In this document: positions 17,920 to 27,322 of the stretch, piece after piece | Numbering within the stretch: the first letter of the stretch is position 1 | Layout: each line of letters begins with the position of its first letter | Origin: Thermoanaerobaculia bacterium | GTDB lineage: Bacteria; Acidobacteriota; Thermoanaerobaculia; UBA5066; Gp7-AA6 | Direction: 5' to 3' | Length of the DNA: 64,000 nt | NCBI GenBank assembly: GCA_040879385.1 | Contig: JBBDKM010000062.1 | Span: 4,707 to 68,706 of the forward strand | The notes under the pieces: model-generated | What the model was told of the DNA's origin: nothing | The model's database searches: none | The model's input: the letters and a program-made list of their open reading frames with translations, nothing else | Translations under genes and position numbers: made by a program

Positions 17920-20676
17920 ATGAGCAGAGAGCGACCCGGGAAGCCGCTCGAAGAAACCGAAGATCGCCGGGCCATGTCGGACGCCCGCCTTCCCGGGGGC
18001 GTGCCTGAGTATCCGGCCCGGTATGAGACCGACATCGTTCTGCGGACCGGCTCGACCTTGCGCCTGCGGCCGGTCAAGCCGGAGGACGGCGCCGGCCTTC
18101 TGGATTTTTTCAGTCGGCTGTCCCCGGAGAGCCTCCATTTCTCTTTCTCCTCGGTCCCGAAGGCCGAACCCGGGGAGGCCGCCCGACTCGCGCTCGTGGA
18201 CTACGAGAATCAGTTCGCTCTGGTCGCGGAGACAGCCGATGGGATCGTCGCAGTCGGGCGCTTCTCCCGAGACCCGAAGCGCCCGGACCACGCGGAGGCC
18301 GCGTTCACGATCGCCGACGCCCTCCAGGGGCAGGGAATCGGGACCGGCCTGATCGAGCGGCTGGCGGCGATCGCCCGCGAGAAGGGGATCACGACCTTCG
18401 AGGCGGACGTCCTTCCGGCCAACAGCCGGATGCTCGATGTCTTTGTGAACTCCGGCTACGCGATGACGCAGCAGGTCGAGGACGGGGTCGTCCACGCCGT
18501 CCTCTCGCTCCTGATCACGGCGCCCTCGGAGGCGAAGGCCGGCGAACGGCACAGGCAGGCGGCGGTCGCCTCGATGAGGCCCTTCTTCGAGCCGCGCGCC
18601 GTGGCTGTCGCGGGAGCCGGCCGCCAGCGAGGCAAGATCGGCGCCGAGATCTTTCACAACGTCCGAGCGGCGGGGTTCCAGGGAGAGGTCTTTCCGGTCA
18701 ACCCGAAAGCGGCCGCGATCGATTCCGTGAAGTGCTACCCCCGTGTGACGGACATTCCCCGCGAGGTGGACCTCGCGATCATCGCGGTGCCGGCCGAGGA
18801 GGTCCTGGGCGTCGTGGACGACTGTGTCGCGAAAGGCGTCCGAGGAATCGTCGTCATCAGCGCCGGGTTCGGCGAGGCGGGCCCGGAGGGGCGGGCTCGG
18901 GAGGTCGCGCTTCTGGAAAGGATCCGCTCCGCCCGAATCCGGATGATCGGGCCCAACTGCATGGGGCTCGTCAACACGGACCCGCAGGTGCGGTTGAACG
19001 CCACGTTCGGGCCCGTGTATCCGCCCGAGGGTCGGGTGGCGATGCTGTCCCAAAGCGGGGCGCTGGGGCTTGCGATCCTGGACTACGCGAGCCGCTTGAA
19101 TCTCGGCATCTCGACGTTCGTCTCCGTCGGAAACAAGCCGGACGTCTCCGGAAACGACCTCATCCAGTATTGGGAAGAGGACCCGCGAACGGACGTCGTT
19201 CTTCTCTACCTCGAGAGCTTCGGCAACCCGCGCAACTTCGGTTCGATCGCAAAGCGGGTATCCCGCAAGAAACCGATCGTGGCCGTGAAGGCCGGCCGCT
19301 CCCGCGCCGGGTCGAGAGCCGCGTCGTCGCACACTGGGGCCCTCGCCGAGAGCGATGCCGTGGTCGAGGCCCTTCTGCGCCAATCCGGCGTCATCCGCAC
19401 TCGAACGCTCGAAGAGCTGTTCGACGTGGCTTCGCTCCTCGCCCACCAGCCGATTCCGACCGGCCGCCGCGTCGCCATCCTGACCAATGCCGGCGGGCCC
19501 GCGATTCTCGCGGTCGACGCTTGCGAGGCGCAGGGGCTCGCGCTGGCTTCCCTTTCGGGATCCACCGCAAAGGACCTCCGCTCCTTCCTTCCCGCCGCCT
19601 CGAGCGTGGCGAACCCCGTGGACATGCTGGCCTCTGCGTCCGCCCGCGACTACGGCCAGGCCATCCGTTCGCTTCTCGCAGACCCCGGAGTGGATAGCCT
19701 GCTCGTGATCTACATCCCGCCGCTCGCCTCCGATCCGGACGTCGTGGCTTCCGAAATCGTCGGCGCGGCGCGCGCGGGCTCGGGCAAACCGGTTCTCGCG
19801 ACCTTCATGAGCGCGAAGGGCGCCCCGCCCGGCCTGTCGCCCCTTCCTTGCTACCCCTTTCCGGAGCCCGCCGCTGCGGCCCTGGCGCGCGTGACGGCCT
19901 ACGGAGAGTGGCGGAACCGCCCCGAGGGAAAAATCCCGCCGCTCGAGGGTATTCGACGCAACGACGCGCGCTCTCTCGTCGCGAGGGCGATGGACCGCGG
20001 CGGAGGGTGGCTGACTCCCGGAGAAGCGCAGGACCTCATGAGTGCTCTTGCGATTCCCGTGGCCTGGTCGCGCCTGGCGGCGACCTGGAAGGAGGCTCGC
20101 GAAGCGGCCGGGGACATCGGCTTTCCCCTGGCGCTCAAGGCCGTCGGACCGGCGATCCTCCACAAGACCGAGATCGGCGGGGTCAAGCTCGGGCTTGCCG
20201 ACATGCCCGCGCTGCGCGCGGCGTACCGGGAGCTGTCGCGAAGCCTCGGAGACGCCATGACGGCCGTTCTGCTTCAAGAGATGGTCTCCGGCGGCGTCGA
20301 GGTCATTGTCGGAGCGACGTACGATGCCGCGTTCGGCCCTCTTGTTCTCTACGGGAGCGGCGGCACGCTCGTGGAGCTTCTGGCGGACGTTGCCTTCCGG
20401 ATCGCGCCGTTGACGGACGTCGATGTCGCCGAGATGCTGGAGGAAGTCAAAGGGACCGCGCTCCTCAGGGGATACCGTGGCGCCGCTCCCGCGGACGAGG
20501 CGGCGCTCTGCCAGGTCCTTCTGAGAGTTTCGGCGCTTCTCGATCTCTGTCCGGAGGTGCTCGAGCTCGACCTGAACCCCGTGAAAGTGCTCGAGAAGGG
20601 CGCGCGGGCCGTCGACGTCCGCATCCGGGTCGGCCGCCCCCCGGCCTTGCCGCGCTCTCGAAGGGTCTCCTACTGA
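17920..20676 (+). CDS. GNAT + acyl-CoA synthetase (NDP-forming)-like protein, Pat-type lysine acetyltransferase
   Basis: N-terminal GNAT (QGQGIG); IGPNCMG, SQSGAL, VSVGNK, SHTGALA; C-terminal ATP-grasp LDLNP. Confidence 0.9.
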   Translation: MSRERPGKPLEETEDRRAMSDARLPGGVPEYPARYETDIVLRTGSTLRLRPVKPEDGAGLLDFFSRLSPESLHFSFSSVPKAEPGEAARLALVDYENQFALVAETADGIVAVGRFSRDPKRPDHAEAAFTIADALQGQGIGTGLIERLAAIAREKGITTFEADVLPANSRMLDVFVNSGYAMTQQVEDGVVHAVLSLLITAPSEAKAGERHRQAAVASMRPFFEPRAVAVAGAGRQRGKIGAEIFHNVRAAGFQGEVFPVNPKAAAIDSVKCYPRVTDIPREVDLAIIAVPAEEVLGVVDDCVAKGVRGIVVISAGFGEAGPEGRAREVALLERIRSARIRMIGPNCMGLVNTDPQVRLNATFGPVYPPEGRVAMLSQSGALGLAILDYASRLNLGISTFVSVGNKPDVSGNDLIQYWEEDPRTDVVLLYLESFGNPRNFGSIAKRVSRKKPIVAVKAGRSRAGSRAASSHTGALAESDAVVEALLRQSGVIRTRTLEELFDVASLLAHQPIPTGRRVAILTNAGGPAILAVDACEAQGLALASLSGSTAKDLRSFLPAASSVANPVDMLASASARDYGQAIRSLLADPGVDSLLVIYIPPLASDPDVVASEIVGAARAGSGKPVLATFMSAKGAPPGLSPLPCYPFPEPAAAALARVTAYGEWRNRPEGKIPPLEGIRRNDARSLVARAMDRGGGWLTPGEAQDLMSALAIPVAWSRLAATWKEAREAAGDIGFPLALKAVGPAILHKTEIGGVKLGLADMPALRAAYRELSRSLGDAMTAVLLQEMVSGGVEVIVGATYDAAFGPLVLYGSGGTLVELLADVAFRIAPLTDVDVAEMLEEVKGTALLRGYRGAAPADEAALCQVLLRVSALLDLCPEVLELDLNPVKVLEKGARAVDVRIRVGRPPALPRSRRVSY

Positions 20677-20677
20677 G

Positions 20678-23254
20678 TCAGGCGCGCGCCGTCTTTCGTT
20701 GAAACGTCTTGAAAACCTCGAACCAGAGAATGCTGAGGCCTCCCGCCGCAAGACAGAGGGCGAGATCGTTCCAGTGGAGCTTCGAGAATCGGAAGAGATC
20801 TCGCAGGACAGGGACCGAGAGAACGAGAGCGAGGAACGCCACTGCCCCCCCCATCACCCAGGCGAGAGCGACGTTGGGCGACCGCAGTGACTGAAGAACC
20901 GTGCGGGACCAGGAGCGGTTCGTCAGAATCAAGGCGAGGTTGGCGACGATCAGGGTGGTGAACGCCAGCGCCCGGGCGTCTTCCGCTCCGTGGTCACGCG
21001 CGAGGGCGCCCGCGAAGACCGCCAGAACGATGCCGAGGACGCCGGCTCCCTGAAGAAGCGCGATTCCGACGGCGCGCCGCGAGAAGAGCGACTCCTGCGG
21101 GCTCCTGGGCGGTCTCCGCATGAGATCGGCCTCCTCGTTCTCGGCCTCGAAGACCAGCGAGCAGGCCGGGTCGATGATCAGCTCCAGGAAGACGATGTGA
21201 ACGGGAAGGAGAACGAGAGGCCAACCGAAGAGAACCGGCAGGAGCGACATCCCGGCAATCGGGACATGGATGGCGAGAATGTAAGCCGCGGCCTTGCGAA
21301 GATTGTCGAAGATCCGGCGCCCCATCCGAATGGCCTCGACGAGCGACGCGAAATCGTCGTCGAGGAGCACGAGGTCGGCGGCCTCGCGGGCGACATCGCT
21401 CCCTCGTTCTCCCATCGCGATTCCCATGTCCGCGGCCTTCAGGGCAGGAGCGTCATTGACGCCATCTCCCGTCATGGCGACGATCTCGCCGTTCGACTTC
21501 AGGGCGCGGACGAGGCGGAGTTTCTGGTCCGGGGCGATCCGGGCGAAGACGTTTGCCGAAACGACCCGGCGGCGAAGCGTCCCCTCGTCCATCTCCTCCA
21601 GCTCGGGGCCGGTGATGGTCGAGATCTCGCCCGAGCCTTCGAGACCAATCTGGCGGGCGATGTTCGCAGCCGTCACCGGGTAGTCTCCCGTGATCATCAC
21701 GACTCGAATTCCCGCGGCGTGGCATTCGCGAATCGCCGCGGGCACGGCCGGGCGCACGGGGTCGGCCAGGGCGAGCAAGCCCACGAGCTCGAATGCAAAA
21801 CCGTGTTGGTCGGCCGGGAGCTCGCCGGACTGGAACGTCGCCCTGCCGACGCCCAGCACGCGCAAGCCTTCCTCGGCCAGAGGACGAACGCGTTCGAAGA
21901 GGGCGGAGGACTCCGGCGGTGTCAACCGGCAGAGCTCGGCGATCGCCTCTGGCGCCCCCTTCACCGCCACGACGCAGGGCTCGCCTTCGCGCAGCCGCCA
22001 GACCTGAGACATGGCCAGGAGCTGCGGCGAGAGCGGGTACTCGCGGACGAGCTCTCCGCCGTCGTGAAGGCGGCCGGTGTTCGAGAGCGCCCGCGAGCCG
22101 AGGTCGTGGATGGCTCGCTCCATCGGATCGAAGGCGTCCTTCCGACTCGCCAGGATGCCGAACTCGACGAGCTCGTGGAAGCTCCGGGGGAGGGGCTCGC
22201 CCTGCTCGGCGGGAATCTCGTAGAGGTCTTGTCCCGCCGAGAGCGTGTGGACCGACATGCGGTTCTGTGTGAGCGTGCCCGTCTTGTCGACGCAGAGAAC
22301 GGTCGCGGCGCCGAGGCTCTCGATCGCAGGAAGATTGCGGGTGAGAACGTTCTTGCGAGCGAGCCGCCATGCCCCGAGCGCGAGAAAAATGGTCAGGACC
22401 ACCGGGAACTCTTCCGGGAGGATCGCCATGGCCAGGGCGAGGCCGGCGAGAAAACCGTCCAGCCAGCTCTCCCGGGTGAGCCCGTAAAGAACGACGACGG
22501 CCAGACAGAGCGCGACGGCGCCGACGGCGACCCGGCGCACGAGACGGTCTGTCTCCTTCTGAAGGCGCGTCTTCTCGGGAACGATCGTCTGGAGCGACCG
22601 TCCGATCTTGCCGAGCTCCGTGCGCGCGCCGGTCGCGGACGCGCTGGCGATGGCGGATCCCGAAACCAGCAGCGTCCCGGAATAGACGAAGGGCTGGTCG
22701 TCTCCGCCCGGCCTCCCCCGGCCCGCCCCGGCGTTGGATGCCACCTTCCGGACAGGCACGGACTCACCCGTCAGGAGCGATTCGTCGGCCGACAAGCTCG
22801 AGGCCTCCAGGACCAACGCGTCGGCGGGGACGCGGTCGCCCTCCGACAGCAGAAGGACGTCTCCGCAGACGACCTCTCGACTCGGTATCCGCCGCCGCCG
22901 GCCGCCCCGCACGACCAGCGCTCGCGGGCTCGCGAGATCCCGAAGCGCGGCGAGCGCGCGTTCGGTCCTGCGGTTCTGAGCGAGCGAGATCCCGATGACG
23001 ACGAAGACCGAGGAGAGGAGAACCAGCGCCTCGCGCAGGTCTCCGAGGAGCAGGTAAGTCGTTCCGGCGGCCAGCAGCAGGAGGATCATCGGCTCGCGCA
23101 CGACCTCCCAGGCGGTCGCAAAAACGCTCCGGCTCTCGGCCGAGGGGAGCTCGTTGTAACCCTCCTGCCGCAGCCGAGCGGAGGCCTCCTCGTCGGAAAG
23201 CCCCGCGTTTTGATTCGAGTCAGCTACGGCCAATCGCAATCTCCTCTCGAGCAT
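20678..23254 (-). CDS. Cation-transporting P-type ATPase (type II)
   Basis: LTGES, PEEFP, DKTGTLT, TGDGVNDAPAL motifs. Confidence 0.95.
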   Translation of the reverse strand: MLERRLRLAVADSNQNAGLSDEEASARLRQEGYNELPSAESRSVFATAWEVVREPMILLLLAAGTTYLLLGDLREALVLLSSVFVVIGISLAQNRRTERALAALRDLASPRALVVRGGRRRRIPSREVVCGDVLLLSEGDRVPADALVLEASSLSADESLLTGESVPVRKVASNAGAGRGRPGGDDQPFVYSGTLLVSGSAIASASATGARTELGKIGRSLQTIVPEKTRLQKETDRLVRRVAVGAVALCLAVVVLYGLTRESWLDGFLAGLALAMAILPEEFPVVLTIFLALGAWRLARKNVLTRNLPAIESLGAATVLCVDKTGTLTQNRMSVHTLSAGQDLYEIPAEQGEPLPRSFHELVEFGILASRKDAFDPMERAIHDLGSRALSNTGRLHDGGELVREYPLSPQLLAMSQVWRLREGEPCVVAVKGAPEAIAELCRLTPPESSALFERVRPLAEEGLRVLGVGRATFQSGELPADQHGFAFELVGLLALADPVRPAVPAAIRECHAAGIRVVMITGDYPVTAANIARQIGLEGSGEISTITGPELEEMDEGTLRRRVVSANVFARIAPDQKLRLVRALKSNGEIVAMTGDGVNDAPALKAADMGIAMGERGSDVAREAADLVLLDDDFASLVEAIRMGRRIFDNLRKAAAYILAIHVPIAGMSLLPVLFGWPLVLLPVHIVFLELIIDPACSLVFEAENEEADLMRRPPRSPQESLFSRRAVGIALLQGAGVLGIVLAVFAGALARDHGAEDARALAFTTLIVANLALILTNRSWSRTVLQSLRSPNVALAWVMGGAVAFLALVLSVPVLRDLFRFSKLHWNDLALCLAAGGLSILWFEVFKTFQRKTARA

Positions 23255-23341
23255 GGGGCCAAGGCCCCTCCCGGTCTGTCGGAGGATAGCTAAGGAAACG
23301 CGGGTTCAACACCCATCGACCGCGGGAAGGGGCCGCGCCGG

Positions 23342-24799
23342 TTACTTCGTCAGGCCCAGGTCCGACAGGATCTTCGGCTCCTGCTCCTCCATCGCGAGGA
23401 CCTCGTGGCACGCCGAGCAGTCGTCGGCGATGACGCGGCCATCGGCGCTCTTGTGCTTGCCGTCGTGACAGCGGAAGCAGCCCGGGAACTCCTCATGGCC
23501 GATGTTGTTCGGGTGGGTTCCCCAGGTGACCTTCATGTCCGGGAAGATGTTCCGGAGGTAGATCGCCTTGACCTGCTCGGCCGCCGTCTCGACCGCCGCC
23601 CGGAGGTTCTGGTAAGTCCCCGGGTACGTCGTCTTGTAGAAATCCACGACCGCCCGAGGGATCTTCTCGGAGGCCGTCGGCCGGTCCGGGTAGGCGGCGC
23701 GCAGCGCGGCCACCGCCTCTCTCTTGACGAACGGCAGGCCCTTGCTGATCCGGCCGTCGCTCATGGCCTGGTCGACGGCTCGCTCCGGCATCTCGAAGGC
23801 GTGGGTCGGCCGGTTGTGACAGTCCATGCAGTCCATCTTGCGCCGCTCGCCGCGGGAGAGCTGCTCCGGCGTCGCCGGGACCTCGGTCGAGACATATTCG
23901 ACGATCTTTCCGGCGTCGTCGATATAGGTCACGTGAGGGATGACCTGGCGGCGGCCGTCGGTCGAGACGTACTCGATGCGCTCGGCCGTGTCGAGGTGCC
24001 GGCCGTGAATGCCGACGAGGCCCTCCGCCGTCCGTCCCCCGATCTTCATGAGCAGCACGGTCGTCGCCGGCGTGTTCTTCTCGTCGTCGGCGTACTTCGT
24101 CCTCACGAGGAACTTGTCCCCGGTGAACTTCTGGGGCCAGTGGCAGTGCTCGCAGGTGTCCCGGGCCGGCCGCAGGTCGTGAACGGGAGAGGAGATCGGC
24201 TTGGAGTAGGTCTTGAAGGCGACGGCGAAGACCTGCCGCACTCCCGAGATCTTCGCCTTCACAAACCAGGGCGCCCCCGGCCCGATGTGGCACTCGACGC
24301 AGGACACCCGCGAGTGGGGAGAGTTGACGTAGGCGGTGTACTCCGGCGACATCACTGTGTGACAGGTCTGCCCGCAGAACTGGGCGGAGTCCATGTACTC
24401 CACGCTCTTGTACGAGGCCGTGCCCATGATCGCGAAGTTGGCGAACGTGAGGACGGCGACGAGCGCGAAGGCCCGGCGCAGAAACTGGCTGCGGAGGTCG
24501 ACCTTCGGGTACTCGCGCGGCAGCTCGCCCCGCGCGCGAAGCTTGCGCCGCTTGAGCCACACGCCGACCGGTATCAGGACGAGGCCGAGCGCGAAGACGC
24601 CCGGGAGGATCAGGAAGAAGACGATGCCGGTATAGGGATGCACCGGGCGCGCCTGGACGATGAGGTACACCCAGAATACGAGCAGCGTGACGGCCGCGCT
24701 CGTGGTCAGCACGACGCCGGTGAGGGAGATCGGGTTCTGGCCCAGGAACACGGCGGGCCGGAGCCGCGTCTCGAGCGTATTGCGGGAACCCTCGACCAT
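23342..24799 (-). CDS. imcH: ImcH-like NapC/NirT-family inner-membrane multiheme cytochrome
   Basis: Three N-terminal TM helices (NPISLTG...PYTGIVFFLILP); 6 heme motifs (CGQTCH, CVECH, CEHCH, CMDCH, CFRCH, CSACH). Confidence 0.8.
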   Translation of the reverse strand: MVEGSRNTLETRLRPAVFLGQNPISLTGVVLTTSAAVTLLVFWVYLIVQARPVHPYTGIVFFLILPGVFALGLVLIPVGVWLKRRKLRARGELPREYPKVDLRSQFLRRAFALVAVLTFANFAIMGTASYKSVEYMDSAQFCGQTCHTVMSPEYTAYVNSPHSRVSCVECHIGPGAPWFVKAKISGVRQVFAVAFKTYSKPISSPVHDLRPARDTCEHCHWPQKFTGDKFLVRTKYADDEKNTPATTVLLMKIGGRTAEGLVGIHGRHLDTAERIEYVSTDGRRQVIPHVTYIDDAGKIVEYVSTEVPATPEQLSRGERRKMDCMDCHNRPTHAFEMPERAVDQAMSDGRISKGLPFVKREAVAALRAAYPDRPTASEKIPRAVVDFYKTTYPGTYQNLRAAVETAAEQVKAIYLRNIFPDMKVTWGTHPNNIGHEEFPGCFRCHDGKHKSADGRVIADDCSACHEVLAMEEQEPKILSDLGLTK

Positions 24800-24857
24800 G
24801 CTGGGACCTCCTTGGCGTTCTTCTTCGGGAGTACCGGCGGCGGACGCGTTGGCCGGT

Positions 24858-25697
24858 CTAGGTTAGCAGCGCGAAGATCGTCAGCACAACGAGAGTCAGG
24901 CCGATGGCCACGGCCACGATGGCCGACACGTCGGCTCTCCGCAGAGCCCGCGGCGAGGGCGGATCCGCGCTGAGCGCGTCGAGGCCTCCGCTCGCCTGGA
25001 TCCGCGCGTACTCCGCGGGCCTCTCCGCGCGCAGCTCGTCTTCCGCGACGACGCCGGTGAAGATGACTCTGTCGACCGGGAACTTCTCCGGCCGCAGGTG
25101 GCTGTTGAAGAAGTGGATCGTGAAGATGAAGCTGACGGCGAGCAGCGCCTCTTCGCCGTGGATGAGGAGGGCCAGGTTGAAGACGGTCCCCGGCAGCACT
25201 CGGGTGAAGAACTGCGGAAACCAGAGGAGGAGGCCCGAGCCCCCGATGATCGCCATGCCCCAGAAGACCGCCCAGTAGTCGAACTTCTCCCAGTAGGTGT
25301 AGCGGTCGAACCGGGGCCGCGGGCCGAGGCCCAGGAACCAGCGGAAGTTCTGGTACATCTGGACGAGATCCCGGGGCTGCGGCACCAGGGAATCCGGGCC
25401 CCAGAGGATCCCCCAGTCCCGTCGGGCGACGAGGCGGTAGGCCAGCCGCGCCAGGTGCATGACGAAGCAGGCGAGTATTCCGGTCGCGAAGATCCGGTGC
25501 AGCAGGCCGGCGCCGCGAAAGCCGCCGAGCGCGTTCGCGAGGACGGCGGCCCAGCGGTGGGTCGAGAAGAAGAGCGGCAGGCCCGTCAGCGACAGGCCGA
25601 GGAACGTGACCATCATCAGGAAGTGAAGGAAGCGGTCGAAGGGATCGAACCGCTTCACATAGCGGCGGGCGGGGCCGGCCGCGGTTTCGCCGGTCAT
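24858..25697 (-). CDS. Diheme cytochrome b, FdnI-like (CbcL membrane domain-like)
   Basis: RFLHFLM, LLHRIFA, DRYTYWEKFDYWAVFWG, IHGEEALLA..FIFTIHF; start MTGET overlaps the upstream stop. Confidence 0.88.
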   Translation of the reverse strand: MTGETAAGPARRYVKRFDPFDRFLHFLMMVTFLGLSLTGLPLFFSTHRWAAVLANALGGFRGAGLLHRIFATGILACFVMHLARLAYRLVARRDWGILWGPDSLVPQPRDLVQMYQNFRWFLGLGPRPRFDRYTYWEKFDYWAVFWGMAIIGGSGLLLWFPQFFTRVLPGTVFNLALLIHGEEALLAVSFIFTIHFFNSHLRPEKFPVDRVIFTGVVAEDELRAERPAEYARIQASGGLDALSADPPSPRALRRADVSAIVAVAIGLTLVVLTIFALLT

Positions 25698-26944
25698 TCC
25701 TTCTCTTCCTTTTCTTCCTTGCGGGGGGGCTCGGGTTCTGGCTCCGCGTGCCGGGCGCGCCAGGAGCGCGGGAACCACAGCACCGTGTGCACGCCGAAGA
25801 ACGCCATGACGCCGATCACGAGCCACTTCATGAGGATCGCGACGTAGAAAAGAAGCGGGTTGCGCGCACGGTCCTTCGGGTTGGGATGCGGGTCGTAGCG
25901 GGCGAACTTCTCGTTGACCCCGGGGTGGCACTTCTGGCACGTGGCGACGCGCCGGGCAACGGAGACCGTCGAGCGCGGATCCGACGCGGGGAGAATGTTG
26001 TGCGCCTCGTGGCAGTCGGCGCAGGTCGCGATTCGCGCGAAGCCGAGATTCGTGACCTGTCCGTGATACGTGTCCCGGAAGGTCTCCTGGGACTGCGCGT
26101 GGCAGCTCCCGCATTCCCTGAGAACGTCCAGGCGCCAGGCCTCGACGTCCGCCCGGCGGATCGCGTGCGCCGTGTGGCAGTCGGTGCAGACGGGCGCGCG
26201 CGTGTCGCCGCTCGCGAAGAGAGTCCCGTGAATCCCCTCCGCGTAGAGCCGCTCGATCCCCTCGTGGCACGACCCGCAATTGGACGGGATGTTGCCGCGA
26301 AAGACCTTCGACACCGGGTCGGAGGAACGGCGAATGTCGTGAATGCCGTGACAGGTCTTGCAGTTGGGCGCCGTCACGAGGCCGCTCTTCAGCACGGCGC
26401 GGCCGTGGATGCTGTCCTCGTAGAGCGCGGCGACGTCGCCGATGGCGATCGGCCCATTGCGAATGGTCTCGGGGTCGCCGTGGCAGCGCGCGCAGGTGCC
26501 CGGGAGGTTCAGAGCGTAGGTCTGCGAGGCGGGGTCCTTGGCCGGGAGGATCTCGTGAGTCCCGTGGCAGTCCGCGCAGGAGGCCGCGATGGTGTTTCCG
26601 GTCTTTTGCCTCGCGGCCGCGTGGATGCTCTTCCGGTAATCGGCAACCGCGGCCTCGTGGCAGGTGGAGCACTGGGCCGGGGCGAGCCTTTCCGCGTGCG
26701 GAAAGTCGGCCGCCGCGGCGAGGTCGGCGTGACAGTCCACGCAGGCGAGGCCGGCCTGGCCGTGGACCGACGCCTCGAGCTTCGGAAGAGCCACGAAAAC
26801 CGTGCTGCCGTCGGCCCTCTTCGCGTCAGCCTCGCCGTGACAGGAGAAGCAGTCCTCATTCGAGGGCGGCTTGGGCTTTGCGCCCGGGCTCGCGAGGGCG
26901 AGGCCCGCGAACGACAGAGCCAGAGCTGCCGCCGCGATTCTCAC
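25694..26944 (-). CDS. Multiheme cytochrome c (11 hemes) with C-terminal TM helix (CbcL periplasmic domain-like)
   Basis: Signal peptide, 11 CxxCH motifs, repeated SIHG motifs, C-terminal TM helix. Confidence 0.88.
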   Translation of the reverse strand: MRIAAAALALSFAGLALASPGAKPKPPSNEDCFSCHGEADAKRADGSTVFVALPKLEASVHGQAGLACVDCHADLAAAADFPHAERLAPAQCSTCHEAAVADYRKSIHAAARQKTGNTIAASCADCHGTHEILPAKDPASQTYALNLPGTCARCHGDPETIRNGPIAIGDVAALYEDSIHGRAVLKSGLVTAPNCKTCHGIHDIRRSSDPVSKVFRGNIPSNCGSCHEGIERLYAEGIHGTLFASGDTRAPVCTDCHTAHAIRRADVEAWRLDVLRECGSCHAQSQETFRDTYHGQVTNLGFARIATCADCHEAHNILPASDPRSTVSVARRVATCQKCHPGVNEKFARYDPHPNPKDRARNPLLFYVAILMKWLVIGVMAFFGVHTVLWFPRSWRARHAEPEPEPPRKEEKEEKE

Positions 26945-27008
26945 TGGAACAGCCTTTCGGAGCGCGCCTCCCCGCCGACCGAGTCCGGCGGAGAAGCGTT
27001 GGGACGGG

Positions 27009-27296
27009 CTACTTCTTGTCGCCGGGGTAGTCCTTCAACCATGCGCCGTCGACCGCTTTAGCTCCCCGCTTTTCCTTTTCGGCGAGGAGCCACTTGCCGG
27101 CGTCGTTGGGAGCGTGCTTGTCCTTCTTGGGCAGGGCGTCGACGTGACAGTGCTGGCAGTTCTTCACGGCGACGCCCGCGGCCTTGGCCTGCTTCTGCTG
27201 GTCCAGCGTGGCCGACGAGATTCCGCTCAAGGCGATCCAGCCGCAACAGAAGAGAGTGATCGCGGAGAGCCCCAGCCGCGAGCTCTTGATCTGCAT
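27009..27296 (-). CDS. Small secreted monoheme cytochrome c (95 aa)
   Basis: AAGGAGG RBS, signal peptide, single CQHCH. Confidence 0.75.
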   Translation of the reverse strand: MQIKSSRLGLSAITLFCCGWIALSGISSATLDQQKQAKAAGVAVKNCQHCHVDALPKKDKHAPNDAGKWLLAEKEKRGAKAVDGAWLKDYPGDKK

Positions 27297-27322
27297 CGAG
27301 TCCTCCTTATTTCTTCGTCCGG

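Noticed and set aside
17560-20751. 1063-aa minus-strand ORF
   Set aside because: Antisense shadow of the Pat-type gene in GC-rich DNA; no motifs.
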